This document shows, one piece after another, positions 22,661 through 32,971 of a DNA stretch of 64,000 nucleotides. Location: the NCBI GenBank assembly GCA_965222225.1, contig CBDCTK010000002.1, positions 5,152,001-5,216,000 of the forward strand, given 5' to 3'. Numbering within the stretch: the stretch's first letter is position 1; each line of letters opens with the position of its first letter. This DNA comes from Candidatus Poribacteria bacterium. Lineage in GTDB: Bacteria > Poribacteria > WGA-4E > JAJDTR01. A program made the position numbers and the translations under genes. The notes under the pieces are model-generated. The model made no database searches, was not told where the DNA came from, and saw nothing but the letters and a program-made list of their open reading frames with translations.

Positions 22661-23731
22661 ATGAGATATATTGGTCGCAAAACCAATCTCCTTACACACA
22701 TTGAGGATGTAATACTGAAGAACACTCCACAGAAAGGGGTTTTTTGCGATCTATTTGCGGGAACCCATTCGGTTGCGGCGCATTTCAAGAACCTAGGATT
22801 CCAAATCATTTCCAACGATATGCTTTACCTCGCCTACGTTTTCGGGCGAGCGCTGATTCAAAGCAACAAGGCGCCGACTTTCACCAAGCTGACACACCTT
22901 CCGGATGCTCACGCATACGGTCTCTTCGATGCAATGGAAACCTACCTGAAGGTCTTGAGTTATCTAAACCGGCTTGATGGGATTTCCGACGGTTTTATCT
23001 TTAATGCCTACTGTCCCGGCGGAGACAATGAATACAATCGGCAATATCTCTCCGACGAAAACGGACAGAAGATTGACGCCGTCAGACAGCAGATTGAGGA
23101 GTGGAGGCAACACAATCTAATCGCCGAAGACGAATACTATATCCTCCTGCTCTCACTCCTTGAGGCGGTTTCCAAGGTAACCAACATTTCGGGGACTTAC
23201 GGTGCGTATCTAAAAGGCTGGGATGCGAGAACCTACAAAGAATTGACGCTTGAACCGATTGCCTCAATTCCATCGGACAAAGAACATACCGTCCATCGGC
23301 AAGACGCGAACCGTCTCATTGAGAAGATTGAGTGCGATATTCTCTACATAGATCCGCCGTACAACACCCGCCAATACATTACGAACTACCATCTCCTCGA
23401 AACCATCGCTCAATATGACAATCCTAGCGTTTACGGCAAAACAGGGCTCCGTACATATTCCGAAGCGGAGAAATCGGCGTACTGCTCTCAGGCGGGGTGT
23501 CTGCGCGCCTTTGCCGCGTTAATCTCGCGTGCTAAGGCGAAACACATCGTCGTGAGTTATAACAGCGAGGGCATTATGAACGAAGCTGAGATACTTAGCG
23601 TGTTAAGTGAAAAAGGGGAAATGCCGGAATTAATTCCTATTGATTATCGTCGCTTCAAGAGCAATTCAACCGGTACATTAAGTAACAATAAGAACGTAAG
23701 AGAGTATTTATTCTATGTCCAAACAAATTGA
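22661..23731 (+). CDS. DNA adenine methyltransferase (D12/Dam/FokI-type), M1
   Basis: 'MRYIGRK', 'DLFAGTHSVA' (motif I), 'YIDPPYN' (motif IV), 'SYNSEG'. Confidence 0.92.
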   Translation: MRYIGRKTNLLTHIEDVILKNTPQKGVFCDLFAGTHSVAAHFKNLGFQIISNDMLYLAYVFGRALIQSNKAPTFTKLTHLPDAHAYGLFDAMETYLKVLSYLNRLDGISDGFIFNAYCPGGDNEYNRQYLSDENGQKIDAVRQQIEEWRQHNLIAEDEYYILLLSLLEAVSKVTNISGTYGAYLKGWDARTYKELTLEPIASIPSDKEHTVHRQDANRLIEKIECDILYIDPPYNTRQYITNYHLLETIAQYDNPSVYGKTGLRTYSEAEKSAYCSQAGCLRAFAALISRAKAKHIVVSYNSEGIMNEAEILSVLSEKGEMPELIPIDYRRFKSNSTGTLSNNKNVREYLFYVQTN

Positions 23732-24665
23732 GAAGAAAACACAAACGGGAACGATGGATGCACGCAACACGCTTAACGATTTAACCGGCAGGGAATGGGT
23801 CTACTTTTTGAACTCGATTGAACTGATTGAAGGCGAGCCTCATCTCCTCACAGGCGAAAAACTCAACGACTTGTCGGAGGAACAGTGGGCAGAACATCAG
23901 AGTCCGCTCGTTGACACATTTTATCCGACTTCCGGTGGACACAGCCATGCGCATCACATTCGCAAGAAGCATCCATCACCAAAACCGCCGCAACTCATGA
24001 AGCGATTTATCGAGTTTTTCACCAAGAAAGACGGCTGGGTGCTTGATCCGTTTGTCGGTGTAGGTGGTACGCTATTGGGGTGTTCAATGGCAGGAAGACA
24101 CGGCGTGGGGGTGGATTTGTCCCAAGACTATCTCAATCTTTACCGTAAGGCGTCCGAGAGCTTAAATCTCGAACTCCAGACAGTTTACCAAGGAGATGCG
24201 AGGCGACTTGACAAAATCTTCAATGGGGAAGATTATCTGTTCGATCTCATCCTGACCGACCCACCCTACGGAGATATGCTTTCAAGAAAACGCACCGGCG
24301 AGCGAAAGAAGAGAACCGGCGACGATTCACCAACGCCGTTTACAAGCGATGAGGGCGATCTTGGAAACATGCGGCACGAACAGTTCTACGAAGCCCTAAA
24401 ATCCGTTATCGTTCAGTCAATGGAGTTCCTCAAGGTCAAAGGATACGTGGTAGTCTTCTGTAAAGATCTTCAACCGACCGCTGAACATCACAACCTGATT
24501 CACGCTGATGTGGTCAATGCGCTGGTGCAGATACCTAATCTCAGGTTCAGGGGCTATAAAATCTGGTATGACAAGTCGCTGAAACTCTATCCTTTTGGTT
24601 ATCCGTATGCGTACGTGTCCAATCAACTACATCAGTTTATTCTAATTTTTCGCAAGGAAAGATAA
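23715..24665 (+). CDS. second amino-DNA methyltransferase (m6A or m4C), M2
   Basis: 'HPSPKPPQL...VLDPFVGVGGT' then 'ILTDPPY'; overlaps the end of M1. Confidence 0.85.
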   Translation: MSKQIEKKTQTGTMDARNTLNDLTGREWVYFLNSIELIEGEPHLLTGEKLNDLSEEQWAEHQSPLVDTFYPTSGGHSHAHHIRKKHPSPKPPQLMKRFIEFFTKKDGWVLDPFVGVGGTLLGCSMAGRHGVGVDLSQDYLNLYRKASESLNLELQTVYQGDARRLDKIFNGEDYLFDLILTDPPYGDMLSRKRTGERKKRTGDDSPTPFTSDEGDLGNMRHEQFYEALKSVIVQSMEFLKVKGYVVVFCKDLQPTAEHHNLIHADVVNALVQIPNLRFRGYKIWYDKSLKLYPFGYPYAYVSNQLHQFILIFRKER

Positions 24666-24667
24666 AT

Positions 24668-26401
24668 ATGGCGACGCGCACATTCGGATGGGTGCAAGAC
24701 TCAGGTAAAATAGAAAACCTCCGCAAAACGGTGGAAATTTTCGATCGTAGTTCATCTACCTATCAGGAATTGATTGCGAATCGTATACCCGCGCTCGTTC
24801 AAGAACAAGATGGGAGAGATCGGTTTCTTTCCGAGTTAAGTCGTATTCCTCTTAAATTGAAATATACTAATCTGGTCGGTACCGCTTTTAATCCGCGATC
24901 TGAATCCCGTTGTAATGGCATTTTACAGGCGGCTATCAAAGGCCAGAGGAGAGAATTCATCGGAGATTGGCCCGCAGACAATTTCCTGAGATGGGCACAT
25001 GCACTCGGTTTTATTCAGTTTGATAAGAACGCAGATTGTTTCTCAATCACCGAAGTTGGCCTACAGTACGTGACAACAAAACCGGGAACCTCCGACGAAA
25101 CAGAAATCCTTTCCCAAGCGTTTCTCTCCTACCCACCTGTGATGCGGGTGTTGAATCTACTAGCAGATGGTTCGCACCTGACGAAGTTCGAAATCGGCAA
25201 ACAGCTGGGATTTGTAGGCGAAGATGGCTTTACCAGTTTGCCTCAAAATATCTTGGTGCGCTCTCTTTGTCAAACAGAGAATTCAAGTGATAGGAGCAAG
25301 ATGCTAACAGATTGGGATGGCACATCGGACAAATATGCCCGAATGATTGCAAACTGGCTAAAGCACATGGGCTGGGTGACACAAGCTAAGAAGCGGGTAG
25401 CAGCGACTTTTGGGGACGAGAGATGCGAATATCTCATCCCTCAAGCCTATGTAATAACTGCCGTAGGCTTGCAAGCGAGAAGGAGAGGACTGGGAACTAA
25501 TATCCAGAGTCGAATCTCAAAGAGCGTCTTCTGGGAGATGTTGGCGACCAAGGGAAAAGATCGAGATTATATCCGTACGCGTCGAGCACTAATTCTTCAA
25601 GGGATTGCTGGAAAATCTTGTTCACTTCAATCCTTGGTGCAGCAGTTGGCAGACAGAGGATTCGACGAGTCTGAGACAACTATTTCCAATGACCTGAGCG
25701 GGTTGACACGAATTGGCCTCAATATTCAGCAGGAACAAGAAGGGCATTTTCTGCAAGATACCATTAAGAATCTGGAGATTCCGGGACTTTCCAGCGAAAA
25801 CAAAGTAAAGAGCGATGTTCAAGAATTAGTCGACGAGTGCCGAGCCGTTTTAGACCATGTCCCTCACGATTATCTAATACTTATACCCATGAGTTTTTCA
25901 AACCAAGAAAGTCGATTGTTTGAAATGAAAACGACCGAATTGCTCGTGGATCAGTGCGGGTTTGATGGTCTCCATTTGGGCGGGGCAGATCAACCGGATG
26001 GCTTAATCTTCACTCAGAAACTGAGGGAAAATTATGGCGTAATCATTGATACAAAGGCGTACGAGCATGGATTTAACATTCCCGCATCGGAACGAGATAA
26101 GATGGCACGTTACGTCAGTGAAAACAACTTACGGAACCAAACACATTCGCAGAAGTGGTGGAGGCATTTTCCTTCCGAAATTAACGTGTTTAAGTTCCTG
26201 TTTGTATCTGGTAAATTTATCGGGACCTACGAAACGCAACTGAAACGGATATCAGAATTGACCCAGTACACACCGGGTGCAGCAATCACATCCTTCAACC
26301 TGTTACTACTGGCTGAGGAAATTGCCAAGAAGACAATCGCTTTCCAAGGTACCGGCGAAATGTTTAGTTGTCTTTCAGAAGTAGACGTCAAAAGTTTCTA
26401 A
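24668..26401 (+). CDS. FokI-family type IIS restriction endonuclease
   Basis: 577 aa, collinear with FokI as recalled: 'RTFGWVQ', 'FLRWAHALGFI', 'HLTKF', 'SDKYARMI', 'WEMLAT', 'RTRRALIL', catalytic 'PDG...DTKAY', 'FKFLFVSG'. Confidence 0.95.
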   Translation: MATRTFGWVQDSGKIENLRKTVEIFDRSSSTYQELIANRIPALVQEQDGRDRFLSELSRIPLKLKYTNLVGTAFNPRSESRCNGILQAAIKGQRREFIGDWPADNFLRWAHALGFIQFDKNADCFSITEVGLQYVTTKPGTSDETEILSQAFLSYPPVMRVLNLLADGSHLTKFEIGKQLGFVGEDGFTSLPQNILVRSLCQTENSSDRSKMLTDWDGTSDKYARMIANWLKHMGWVTQAKKRVAATFGDERCEYLIPQAYVITAVGLQARRRGLGTNIQSRISKSVFWEMLATKGKDRDYIRTRRALILQGIAGKSCSLQSLVQQLADRGFDESETTISNDLSGLTRIGLNIQQEQEGHFLQDTIKNLEIPGLSSENKVKSDVQELVDECRAVLDHVPHDYLILIPMSFSNQESRLFEMKTTELLVDQCGFDGLHLGGADQPDGLIFTQKLRENYGVIIDTKAYEHGFNIPASERDKMARYVSENNLRNQTHSQKWWRHFPSEINVFKFLFVSGKFIGTYETQLKRISELTQYTPGAAITSFNLLLLAEEIAKKTIAFQGTGEMFSCLSEVDVKSF

Positions 26402-26672
26402 TCATTGCTCTTCTGGAACTATTTTTCTCATAATGATTCTCAAATTTAGAATCCAGATGCGCTCAGAAATCATATACCGAAATAGTATGGAGAACAATAA
26501 ATGTTCAATGGCCAAAGGCCCCCGTATGTTCTCAGATAGACCGGTTATTCCTGCGATATTGATTAGCACTATTATTGCGACTCTCCTCTGTCACCGTAAC
26601 TCTGCTGGCTACCATGTCAGATGGAATAAACGCGAACAAACCCACGGCATAGATGAGATTATTCGTCGGACA

Positions 26673-27872
26673 TCAATGAGAAGCTCGAATCGTGACTGAA
26701 GCAACGTTATTTGTGTAGTTCAGAAAGTCATAAAATTCCGCTTCCTCATTCGTGTCATTCTTGTTGAGTTGATAGTCTGCGAGGAGCGTGACACGTTCGT
26801 GGAACTGCCAGTTGAGTTGAAAGTTTAAGCCAAGCTGTGTGTCCATACGCTTCTCGGCATCGTCGGCTATGAACCCATCCGCACCTCGAACACGTCGTCC
26901 GTCAAATTCGACTCCCAAGCGTGATAAACGTAGACGCGCCCAACTTCCGGCATCAATCTTGTAGAATGCGCTCAACGCTACCTCTGCGCTGAAAAAATCG
27001 TAGAAATCAACGTTTGAACTATTCATGAATAGACTGAACTCCTCCTGCAAAACCACGCGATCCGAAGCGATCTGAATTAATTTCGCGGAACCGAATTGGC
27101 GCATGTCACGCCGTGATTCCCCGGGTTTTATCCCCGCTATCCCAAGCACCAGAATGTTCAGATTACCTTTGTAGCTTTCCCGCTCAATCGAATATTCTAA
27201 CTTGCCCAGCATCCGTTTCAGCAAACCCAGTTGAAGACGCGCGACGCCTTGATGGCTTGTCGAACCAACGAGAAGGAAATCCTCGCGGCGCGTTTGCTCG
27301 TCATCGAATCGGTGCAGCCGCAGGTTGTATTCCAATACCTTACCGAATCGAAGTCCCATTTGACGTTGCATGCTGTCGTAGGTGTCGTCCTCCCTATCTA
27401 ATCGTTGAAGCTGGTGAGAGAGGATAAGTGCGGGAAGATCTGGCTTTGCTTGGAAACTCACCTCGGTTAGAAAGAGGTCGGTCAACGCGTCGAATTCGTT
27501 GAGTTGTCCGTTTTCACCAATGTAGTTTTCAAACTGCGGAGTGTATTGGAACTTGACTCCAAAACGATCACCAAGCGGCAGTGTGCCCTGGAGATTGACC
27601 CCCGCTCGGTTAATCAATCCGGAAAGCTGAGGATTCTCTCTGCCTGCCAAGCTGCTGGTGTTCGGGTCGATACTCAAACCGAATTCAATATGATCATTAA
27701 ACACATTACTGACTTGATAGTCGATCAAGAGTTCGGGTTCGGTTGCTTTAGGCGATTCTGTTTTTTCTTGAATCAAGCGCTTGCCAAAATCTGTTTGGAG
27801 TTGGGCTGTCCCGATGGAGATGTTTAAACCCAAGAAGATAATCGTGAACAGCAAAGAGGCCTTGAATTTCAT
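26673..27872 (-). CDS. putative outer-membrane beta-barrel protein
   Basis: Signal peptide MKFKASLL...; alternating amphipathic beta-strand pattern through to the C-terminus. Confidence 0.6.
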   Translation of the reverse strand: MKFKASLLFTIIFLGLNISIGTAQLQTDFGKRLIQEKTESPKATEPELLIDYQVSNVFNDHIEFGLSIDPNTSSLAGRENPQLSGLINRAGVNLQGTLPLGDRFGVKFQYTPQFENYIGENGQLNEFDALTDLFLTEVSFQAKPDLPALILSHQLQRLDREDDTYDSMQRQMGLRFGKVLEYNLRLHRFDDEQTRREDFLLVGSTSHQGVARLQLGLLKRMLGKLEYSIERESYKGNLNILVLGIAGIKPGESRRDMRQFGSAKLIQIASDRVVLQEEFSLFMNSSNVDFYDFFSAEVALSAFYKIDAGSWARLRLSRLGVEFDGRRVRGADGFIADDAEKRMDTQLGLNFQLNWQFHERVTLLADYQLNKNDTNEEAEFYDFLNYTNNVASVTIRASH

Positions 27873-28004
27873 TACGTGGATATAGTTTGTCAAAATTATG
27901 CCCCCTATCTACGATGCGCGTGAATCAATATTGCCAAGTTCTTGCGCAGTCTGGTTTGTAACCGCGATTCTCGATTATCGAACAACCCCAAACCAACACG
28001 TGAA

Positions 28005-28805
28005 TCACCGAATCAACCCTTCCCACGGGCTTGATGCCGTTGCGTACAGTTTCTTGGGAATCCGACCGGCTAGGAACGCCGTCCGTCCGGCTTCGATCGC
28101 TTTCCTCATGGCTTCCGCCATCAGCACCGGCTGTCGCGCCTTTGCAACCGCCGTGTTGAGGAGCACGCCGTCACACCCAAGTTCCATCGCAATCGCGGCA
28201 TCCGAAACCGTTCCAATTCCCGCATCAACGATCAAAGGAACGCTAACGATGTCGCGGATAATCTGAATGTTGTAGGGGTTGCGAATCCCCATTCCGGATC
28301 CGATCGGGGCGCCTAACGGCATAACGACCGCACACCCCAAATCTTCCAACTTCTTGCATGTTATCGGATCGTCGTTGCAGTAGGGCAACACCGTGAATCC
28401 ATCTTTAATCAACGTTGCCGCCGCATTTAGCAACTGTTCAACGTCGGGAAACAGCGTTCGGTCATCACCGATGACCTCCAACTTGATGAGGTCGGTGTCA
28501 AGCGCCTCTCGCGCAAGATGAGCTGTAAGAACCGCCTCTTTGGCGGTGAAACACCCCGCAGTATTCGGCAGAATCGTGTAATTTCTCTCCCGGAGCAGGT
28601 CGAACAGATTCTCCCCGGAATTCTCGCTCGGTTTTACTCGGCGAATCGCAATCGTAGCAATCTCCGCCCCACTTGCCTCAAGGGCGCGGGTCATCACATC
28701 GAAATTCGGATAGCCCGCTGTCCCGATAAGTAGGCGCGATTGATACGTCTTTTCACCGATTTTGAGCCCTTCCATCTTGTCTTTTCCCATTAACTCTGTA
28801 TCCAT
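28005..28805 (-). CDS. thiG: thiazole synthase
   Basis: 'SRLLIGT', 'LPNTAGC', 'IKLEVIGD', '[13 protein letters not shown]', 'VDAGIG', 'LLNTAVA'. Start may be a later ATG. Confidence 0.96.
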   Translation of the reverse strand: MDTELMGKDKMEGLKIGEKTYQSRLLIGTAGYPNFDVMTRALEASGAEIATIAIRRVKPSENSGENLFDLLRERNYTILPNTAGCFTAKEAVLTAHLAREALDTDLIKLEVIGDDRTLFPDVEQLLNAAATLIKDGFTVLPYCNDDPITCKKLEDLGCAVVMPLGAPIGSGMGIRNPYNIQIIRDIVSVPLIVDAGIGTVSDAAIAMELGCDGVLLNTAVAKARQPVLMAEAMRKAIEAGRTAFLAGRIPKKLYATASSPWEGLIR

Positions 28806-28888
28806 TCAATTCAATAGACATGAAAAGGAAGTATATCAATGTCATCCACCATTGTCAATCTCAATCGCCTTTTAGCCAATAGTAGCCC

Positions 28889-29043
28889 GTAGGTTGGGTT
28901 GAACGATCAAGCGAGTGGATAACGAGCGCGATAGAGATCCCAGTGCGATAGAGATTCTCAGGTGTATAGTAGAACAGGTCTCGCAGGACCACAAGCCCCA
29001 GAGGGGGATCAAACGAGTGAATAGCGATTGCGATAAAACTCCC
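28889..29043 (+). repeat. truncated REPs fused to two 37-bp units
   Basis: GTAGGTTGGGTTGAAC|unit 28905-28941 + right half; AAGCCCCAGAGGG|unit 29007-29043. Confidence 0.85.
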
Positions 29044-29447
29044 CGCAGGTAATATCACTCAACAGTTCAATAATGGCTTTGACATCAAATTTCCAAACAG
29101 GCTCTTAATCCGTGATTCATACAATTGTCGAATGCCTCTGATGGATTCTACAAGGTGTATGGCAACTTCCCTCTTCCACCCTTCCGTTCTTCCATCCTTC
29201 TCCACGCTTCATTTGCCACCAAAATTACATGCAATTGCCCGATGTTCTACCTCCGAAAAACTATTGAAAAAGCAAACTACCTGTGCTATCATAGCCAAAA
29301 TCGTCAAGCGTCTCTCTAGCCAAGATTGATGGCAACAACTATCGTGCACGTTCCAAACAAATATCTAATCCTTCAACACAATCTTCTGCTCGCACCTCCG
29401 CTTTTTGATGGACTGTCTCAAGCGCGAGTTCCGTAAGGTGAAAATCC

Positions 29448-30479
29448 ATGCAATCTTTTATTGATTCCAGAGATATTCTTGATAACGGCGCCGAACTGCA
29501 AAAACGTATGGAGCAGGACGGTTGCTTGTTTATCAGTGGTTTATTGCCCGGTGAAACGGTAGAACACCTCAGACTAAAGCAACTGAAAATCGGGCTTGAA
29601 GAAGGCTGGGTCAGTGCCGACGCGCCGCTTCAGGATGGGGTTGCGGACCTCAGCGACTTCGGTGTCGAACCGGAACCGGAGTATATGCGCGTCCTAGGTC
29701 GCATGACAAGTCTCCAAGAGTTCTACGCCTTAGCCCAGCACCCCAATCTCATCGGCATGTTTAATCGCATGCTCGGCGAGACCGTGCTACCCCATGCCAA
29801 GGTCATCGGACGCTGTCTCTTCCCGCAGCGCGAAGCATTCACGACACCGCCGCATCAGGACTATGTGTTCATTCGAGGAACTGCTGAAACCTACACCGCT
29901 TGGATACCGCTTCAAGATCTCCCCCCTGAAATGGGAGGCCTTCAAATTGCCGCCGGTTCGCACAAAAACGGTATTTACGAGTATAGACCGGCGCTTGGCG
30001 CGGGAGGCATGGGGGTTAACGAATCCTTGGAAGGCTCGTGGGCGAACAATCCGTTCAAACAGGGCGATGTGCTCATTTTTCACAGCATGGTCGTGCACAA
30101 AGGGGTTCCCTGCACGGGCAAACGGTTGCGCCTCTCGATTGATGCACGGTATCAGCGGCTTAGCGAACCGATTGGCCCCGGCAATCTTTCGCCGCATGCC
30201 GGAGGGTCGTGGGAGCAAATTTACGCGGATTGGCTCTCCGATGACTTCAAATACTACTGGAAGGGGTGGAATCTGGACGACGCCGATTATGCCAGCCGAT
30301 TCTCGGAGAGTGATGCAGAAGCGGCGGAAGTCGTTGAAGAACGAGATCGAATGGCGTTTGAAATGGGTGAAAACGGCGACACAAACGCAATTTCGGCGCT
30401 TCAACGTATAATGATGCGAGACGACAATCCGGAAAAACGCCAAAAAGCCGCCGACTTGCTGGATACATTGCAGATTTGA
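29448..30479 (+). CDS. phytanoyl-CoA dioxygenase (PhyH) family
   Basis: 'TPPHQD', 'YTAWIPL', 'GGLQIAAGSH', 'GDVLIFHSMVVH', 'RLSIDARYQ'. Confidence 0.9.
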   Translation: MQSFIDSRDILDNGAELQKRMEQDGCLFISGLLPGETVEHLRLKQLKIGLEEGWVSADAPLQDGVADLSDFGVEPEPEYMRVLGRMTSLQEFYALAQHPNLIGMFNRMLGETVLPHAKVIGRCLFPQREAFTTPPHQDYVFIRGTAETYTAWIPLQDLPPEMGGLQIAAGSHKNGIYEYRPALGAGGMGVNESLEGSWANNPFKQGDVLIFHSMVVHKGVPCTGKRLRLSIDARYQRLSEPIGPGNLSPHAGGSWEQIYADWLSDDFKYYWKGWNLDDADYASRFSESDAEAAEVVEERDRMAFEMGENGDTNAISALQRIMMRDDNPEKRQKAADLLDTLQI

Positions 30480-30542
30480 CGCGAATTCCGCTTCGATCCA
30501 AGAGCGTATAATCTAGTCTGACCTGTAGAAAAGGAGAGCTAG

Positions 30543-31208
30543 ATGGGTAACGTAGTGAACCGTGAAATTCACATTAAACGTGCGCCTTCCGGCATGTCTA
30601 CCGAGGACGATTTTGAAATTGTCGAAGTGTCAATCCCCGAGCCCGGTGCCGGCGGCGCGGTTGGCTCTCTCGTTTTCCAAATAGCCAAAATCTAAAGAAT
30701 GCCGCGTCGTCGGTAGCACGGGGGCGGACAAAACAGTGTCGTGGCTCGTTGATGAACTTGGAATGGATTCCGCTATCAATTACAAGAAGGTTGACGACTT
30801 GGGCGCGGAGTTGGGAAAACATTGCCCCGACAAAATAGACATCTTTTTCGACAATGTTGGCGGAAATCACCTTGAGGCGGCGTTATATCACATGAATCGT
30901 TTTGGCAGAATCATCGGCTGCGACATGATATCCGAGTTGAATTCGACGACGCCTCTACCCGGTCCCCCAATTTGGTTTACCTCTATACCCAACGAGTCAA
31001 ATTCCAAGGCTTCATCAGCAGCGATTATTCCGATCAGTTGCCGCAGTTTTACGAGGGCATGCGCACATAGATCGAGGAAGGACGAGTGAAATGGAAGGAG
31101 ACGATCCTCGAAGGGATAGAAAATGCCGCGTAAGCCATCGTAGGCCTTTTCAGAGGGGATAACTTGGGTAAGATGTAGGTGAAAATCGGTCCGGATCCGG
31201 CTATCTGA
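30543..31208 (+). pseudogene. NADP-dependent oxidoreductase (CurA/PTGR-like) remnant
   Basis: MGNVVNREIH...PEPGAG joined directly to GAVGSLVFQIAK (large internal deletion); later 'DIFFDNVGG' and 'GLFRGDNLGK'; frameshifts and in-frame TAA/TAG. Confidence 0.8.
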
Positions 31209-31292
31209 GTCTCATAACGCATACTAATTGAAGCAGAATGTTTTCTTGAAAACTCAATTGTTTTCTTGCACAGTCTTGCACCCTCTTACCGC

Positions 31293-31346
31293 AATCAAGC
31301 GAACGAACAGTGAGTGCGATAGTAAATCCCGTGCGATAGAGATCCC
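31293..31346 (+). repeat. 37-bp unit plus right half
   Basis: AATCAAGCGAACGAACAGTGAGTGCGATAGTAAATCCC-GTGCGATAGAGATCCC. Confidence 0.85.
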
Positions 31347-31481
31347 ACAGGTTAATAGCACTCAAATAACAAAAATTGTTTTACCACCGTGATTCAAAGA
31401 AGCCCTAATTGTTGTCATAACCTAAAGAAATCCACCTTGGTAGAACTCTTCACAAGACACATTTGAGAAAGGGGATTAGCC

Positions 31482-32528
31482 ATGGCTAGAACCGGACGCG
31501 CCACTGTGATGGTGGGCGAGCGCTTTGAAATACGCGAATATCCCGTACCCGATCCTGCACCGGGCACGGTCCTCTTGAGACAAGAACTCGGTGGTATCTG
31601 CGGCACCGACCTCCACAACTGGGAGTTTCAACGCATGGGGTTTGACGTCATTCCCGGTCACGAAAACGTGGGGGTGATTGACGCTTTGGGTGAAGACGTC
31701 GAAACCGATTACTTGGGGAATCCAGTGAAGGTCGGAGATCGCGTGGTGCTGTCCCCGAGCGTCGGCTACGGCTTCCTCCCATCGGAGGAGGCGCCTTACT
31801 TGCGCGGCGGCTTTGCGGAATACATTTATCTGTGGAATGCGGAGTCCATGTTCCTCAAGACCGAATTACGGCCCGAGATTGCGGTACTTAGCGAGCCTGC
31901 CTCGTGTGCCGCGCATTGCATTTCACGCGGAAAAATCCAGTTTGGTGACACCGTGGTTATCCAAGGAACAGGCCCCATCGGTCTCCTAGCGCTCAACTGG
32001 GCGAGAGTTTCGGGAGCGGGCAGGTTGATTGTTGTCGGAGGACCGCCGGGGCGTCTCGAAATGGCAAAGCGATTGGGCGCGGATGTCACAATCGACATTG
32101 CGGAAGTTCCAGATCCCGAGGAACGGAAGAAAATCGTCCGTGAGAATACACCTCAAAATAAGGGGGCTGACATCGTGTACGAATGTTCGGGTTTTCCCGC
32201 CGCTATTCCCGAAGGGCTGGATTTTATCCGCTACAGTGGCACTTACGTGGAATATGGCCACTTCGTTGATGTCGGAACGTTTGAGTGTAACCCCAACCAA
32301 ATGCTCATGCGCAAGAATCTGCGATTGGAAGCCGGATGGGGTTTCCGACCGCACCACTTCATCCGAGCGGTGCCGATGCTCGAAAAACACCAATCTCTCT
32401 TTACTGACTTTGTCAGCCACATTCTTCCTTTAGAGGATGTCGCTCAAGGCTTCAATGCCCTGCACACCAGCTACAATCTTGACGGTCGAGACGCCATCAA
32501 GATCGCCATCAAAGGCGGTTTAGCTTGA
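31482..32528 (+). CDS. zinc-binding MDR alcohol dehydrogenase
   Basis: 'GICGTD', 'GHENVG', 'GDRV', 'GTGPIG', 'YECSG'. Confidence 0.9.
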   Translation: MARTGRATVMVGERFEIREYPVPDPAPGTVLLRQELGGICGTDLHNWEFQRMGFDVIPGHENVGVIDALGEDVETDYLGNPVKVGDRVVLSPSVGYGFLPSEEAPYLRGGFAEYIYLWNAESMFLKTELRPEIAVLSEPASCAAHCISRGKIQFGDTVVIQGTGPIGLLALNWARVSGAGRLIVVGGPPGRLEMAKRLGADVTIDIAEVPDPEERKKIVRENTPQNKGADIVYECSGFPAAIPEGLDFIRYSGTYVEYGHFVDVGTFECNPNQMLMRKNLRLEAGWGFRPHHFIRAVPMLEKHQSLFTDFVSHILPLEDVAQGFNALHTSYNLDGRDAIKIAIKGGLA

Positions 32529-32592
32529 TGAGGGACAAAACCTTGCTTGAGATAGAGTTTTCGAACTCAAGGACATACGCCAATTGAGGTTT

Positions 32593-32658
32593 GTAGGCTG
32601 GGCAATTCGATGAGGCGAGCGAATTATGACTGCGATAGAACTCCCATAGAAATTTCTC
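32593..32658 (+). repeat. truncated REP plus diverged 37-bp unit
   Basis: GTAGGCTGGGCAATTC|GATGAGGCGAGCGAATTATGACTGCGATAGAACTCCC|ATAGAAATTTCTC. Confidence 0.7.
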
Positions 32659-32789
32659 TGAGATTGCAGAATCGTAGATGAAATTCTCAAAGTATTCAAA
32701 GTATATAGAAACGCCGATTCACTGCGCAGCAAAAGACCTTGATTCATCAAGATTCGCATCGTGCTCCTCTATTCAGCGAGTTCCCTAAC

Positions 32790-32823
32790 TGCACGGTCTG
32801 GATTGATAAATCCAGACCGTGCA
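32790..32823. repeat. perfect 15-bp inverted repeat
   Basis: TGCACGGTCTGGATT-gata-AATCCAGACCGTGCA, no U-tract. Confidence 0.7.
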
Positions 32824-32971
32824 CTTGAATGTGCTAGTCTAGCTACTCCGAGTGCGCGCTCACCGGGTAGACTAAAAATTTCTAACTAACATTTCTTAGT
32901 TTTATCAGTTTTATCAGCAATTATTGCCGAAACAAATCGGCAGACTAAATAGTTACGATGTAAGATAACCA

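Noticed and set aside
22430-26670. Prophage or integrative island around the R-M operon
   Set aside because: No integrase, transposase, tRNA or flanking direct repeats were found by eye.
26433-26699. 88-aa ORF after the endonuclease, and the ORF at 22459-22815 before the operon, as controller proteins
   Set aside because: No HTH pattern or RBS, and both overlap neighbouring genes antisense.
28806-29447. TPP riboswitch upstream of thiG
   Set aside because: No recognisable CTGAGA-containing aptamer; the space is occupied by REP and unit sequence.
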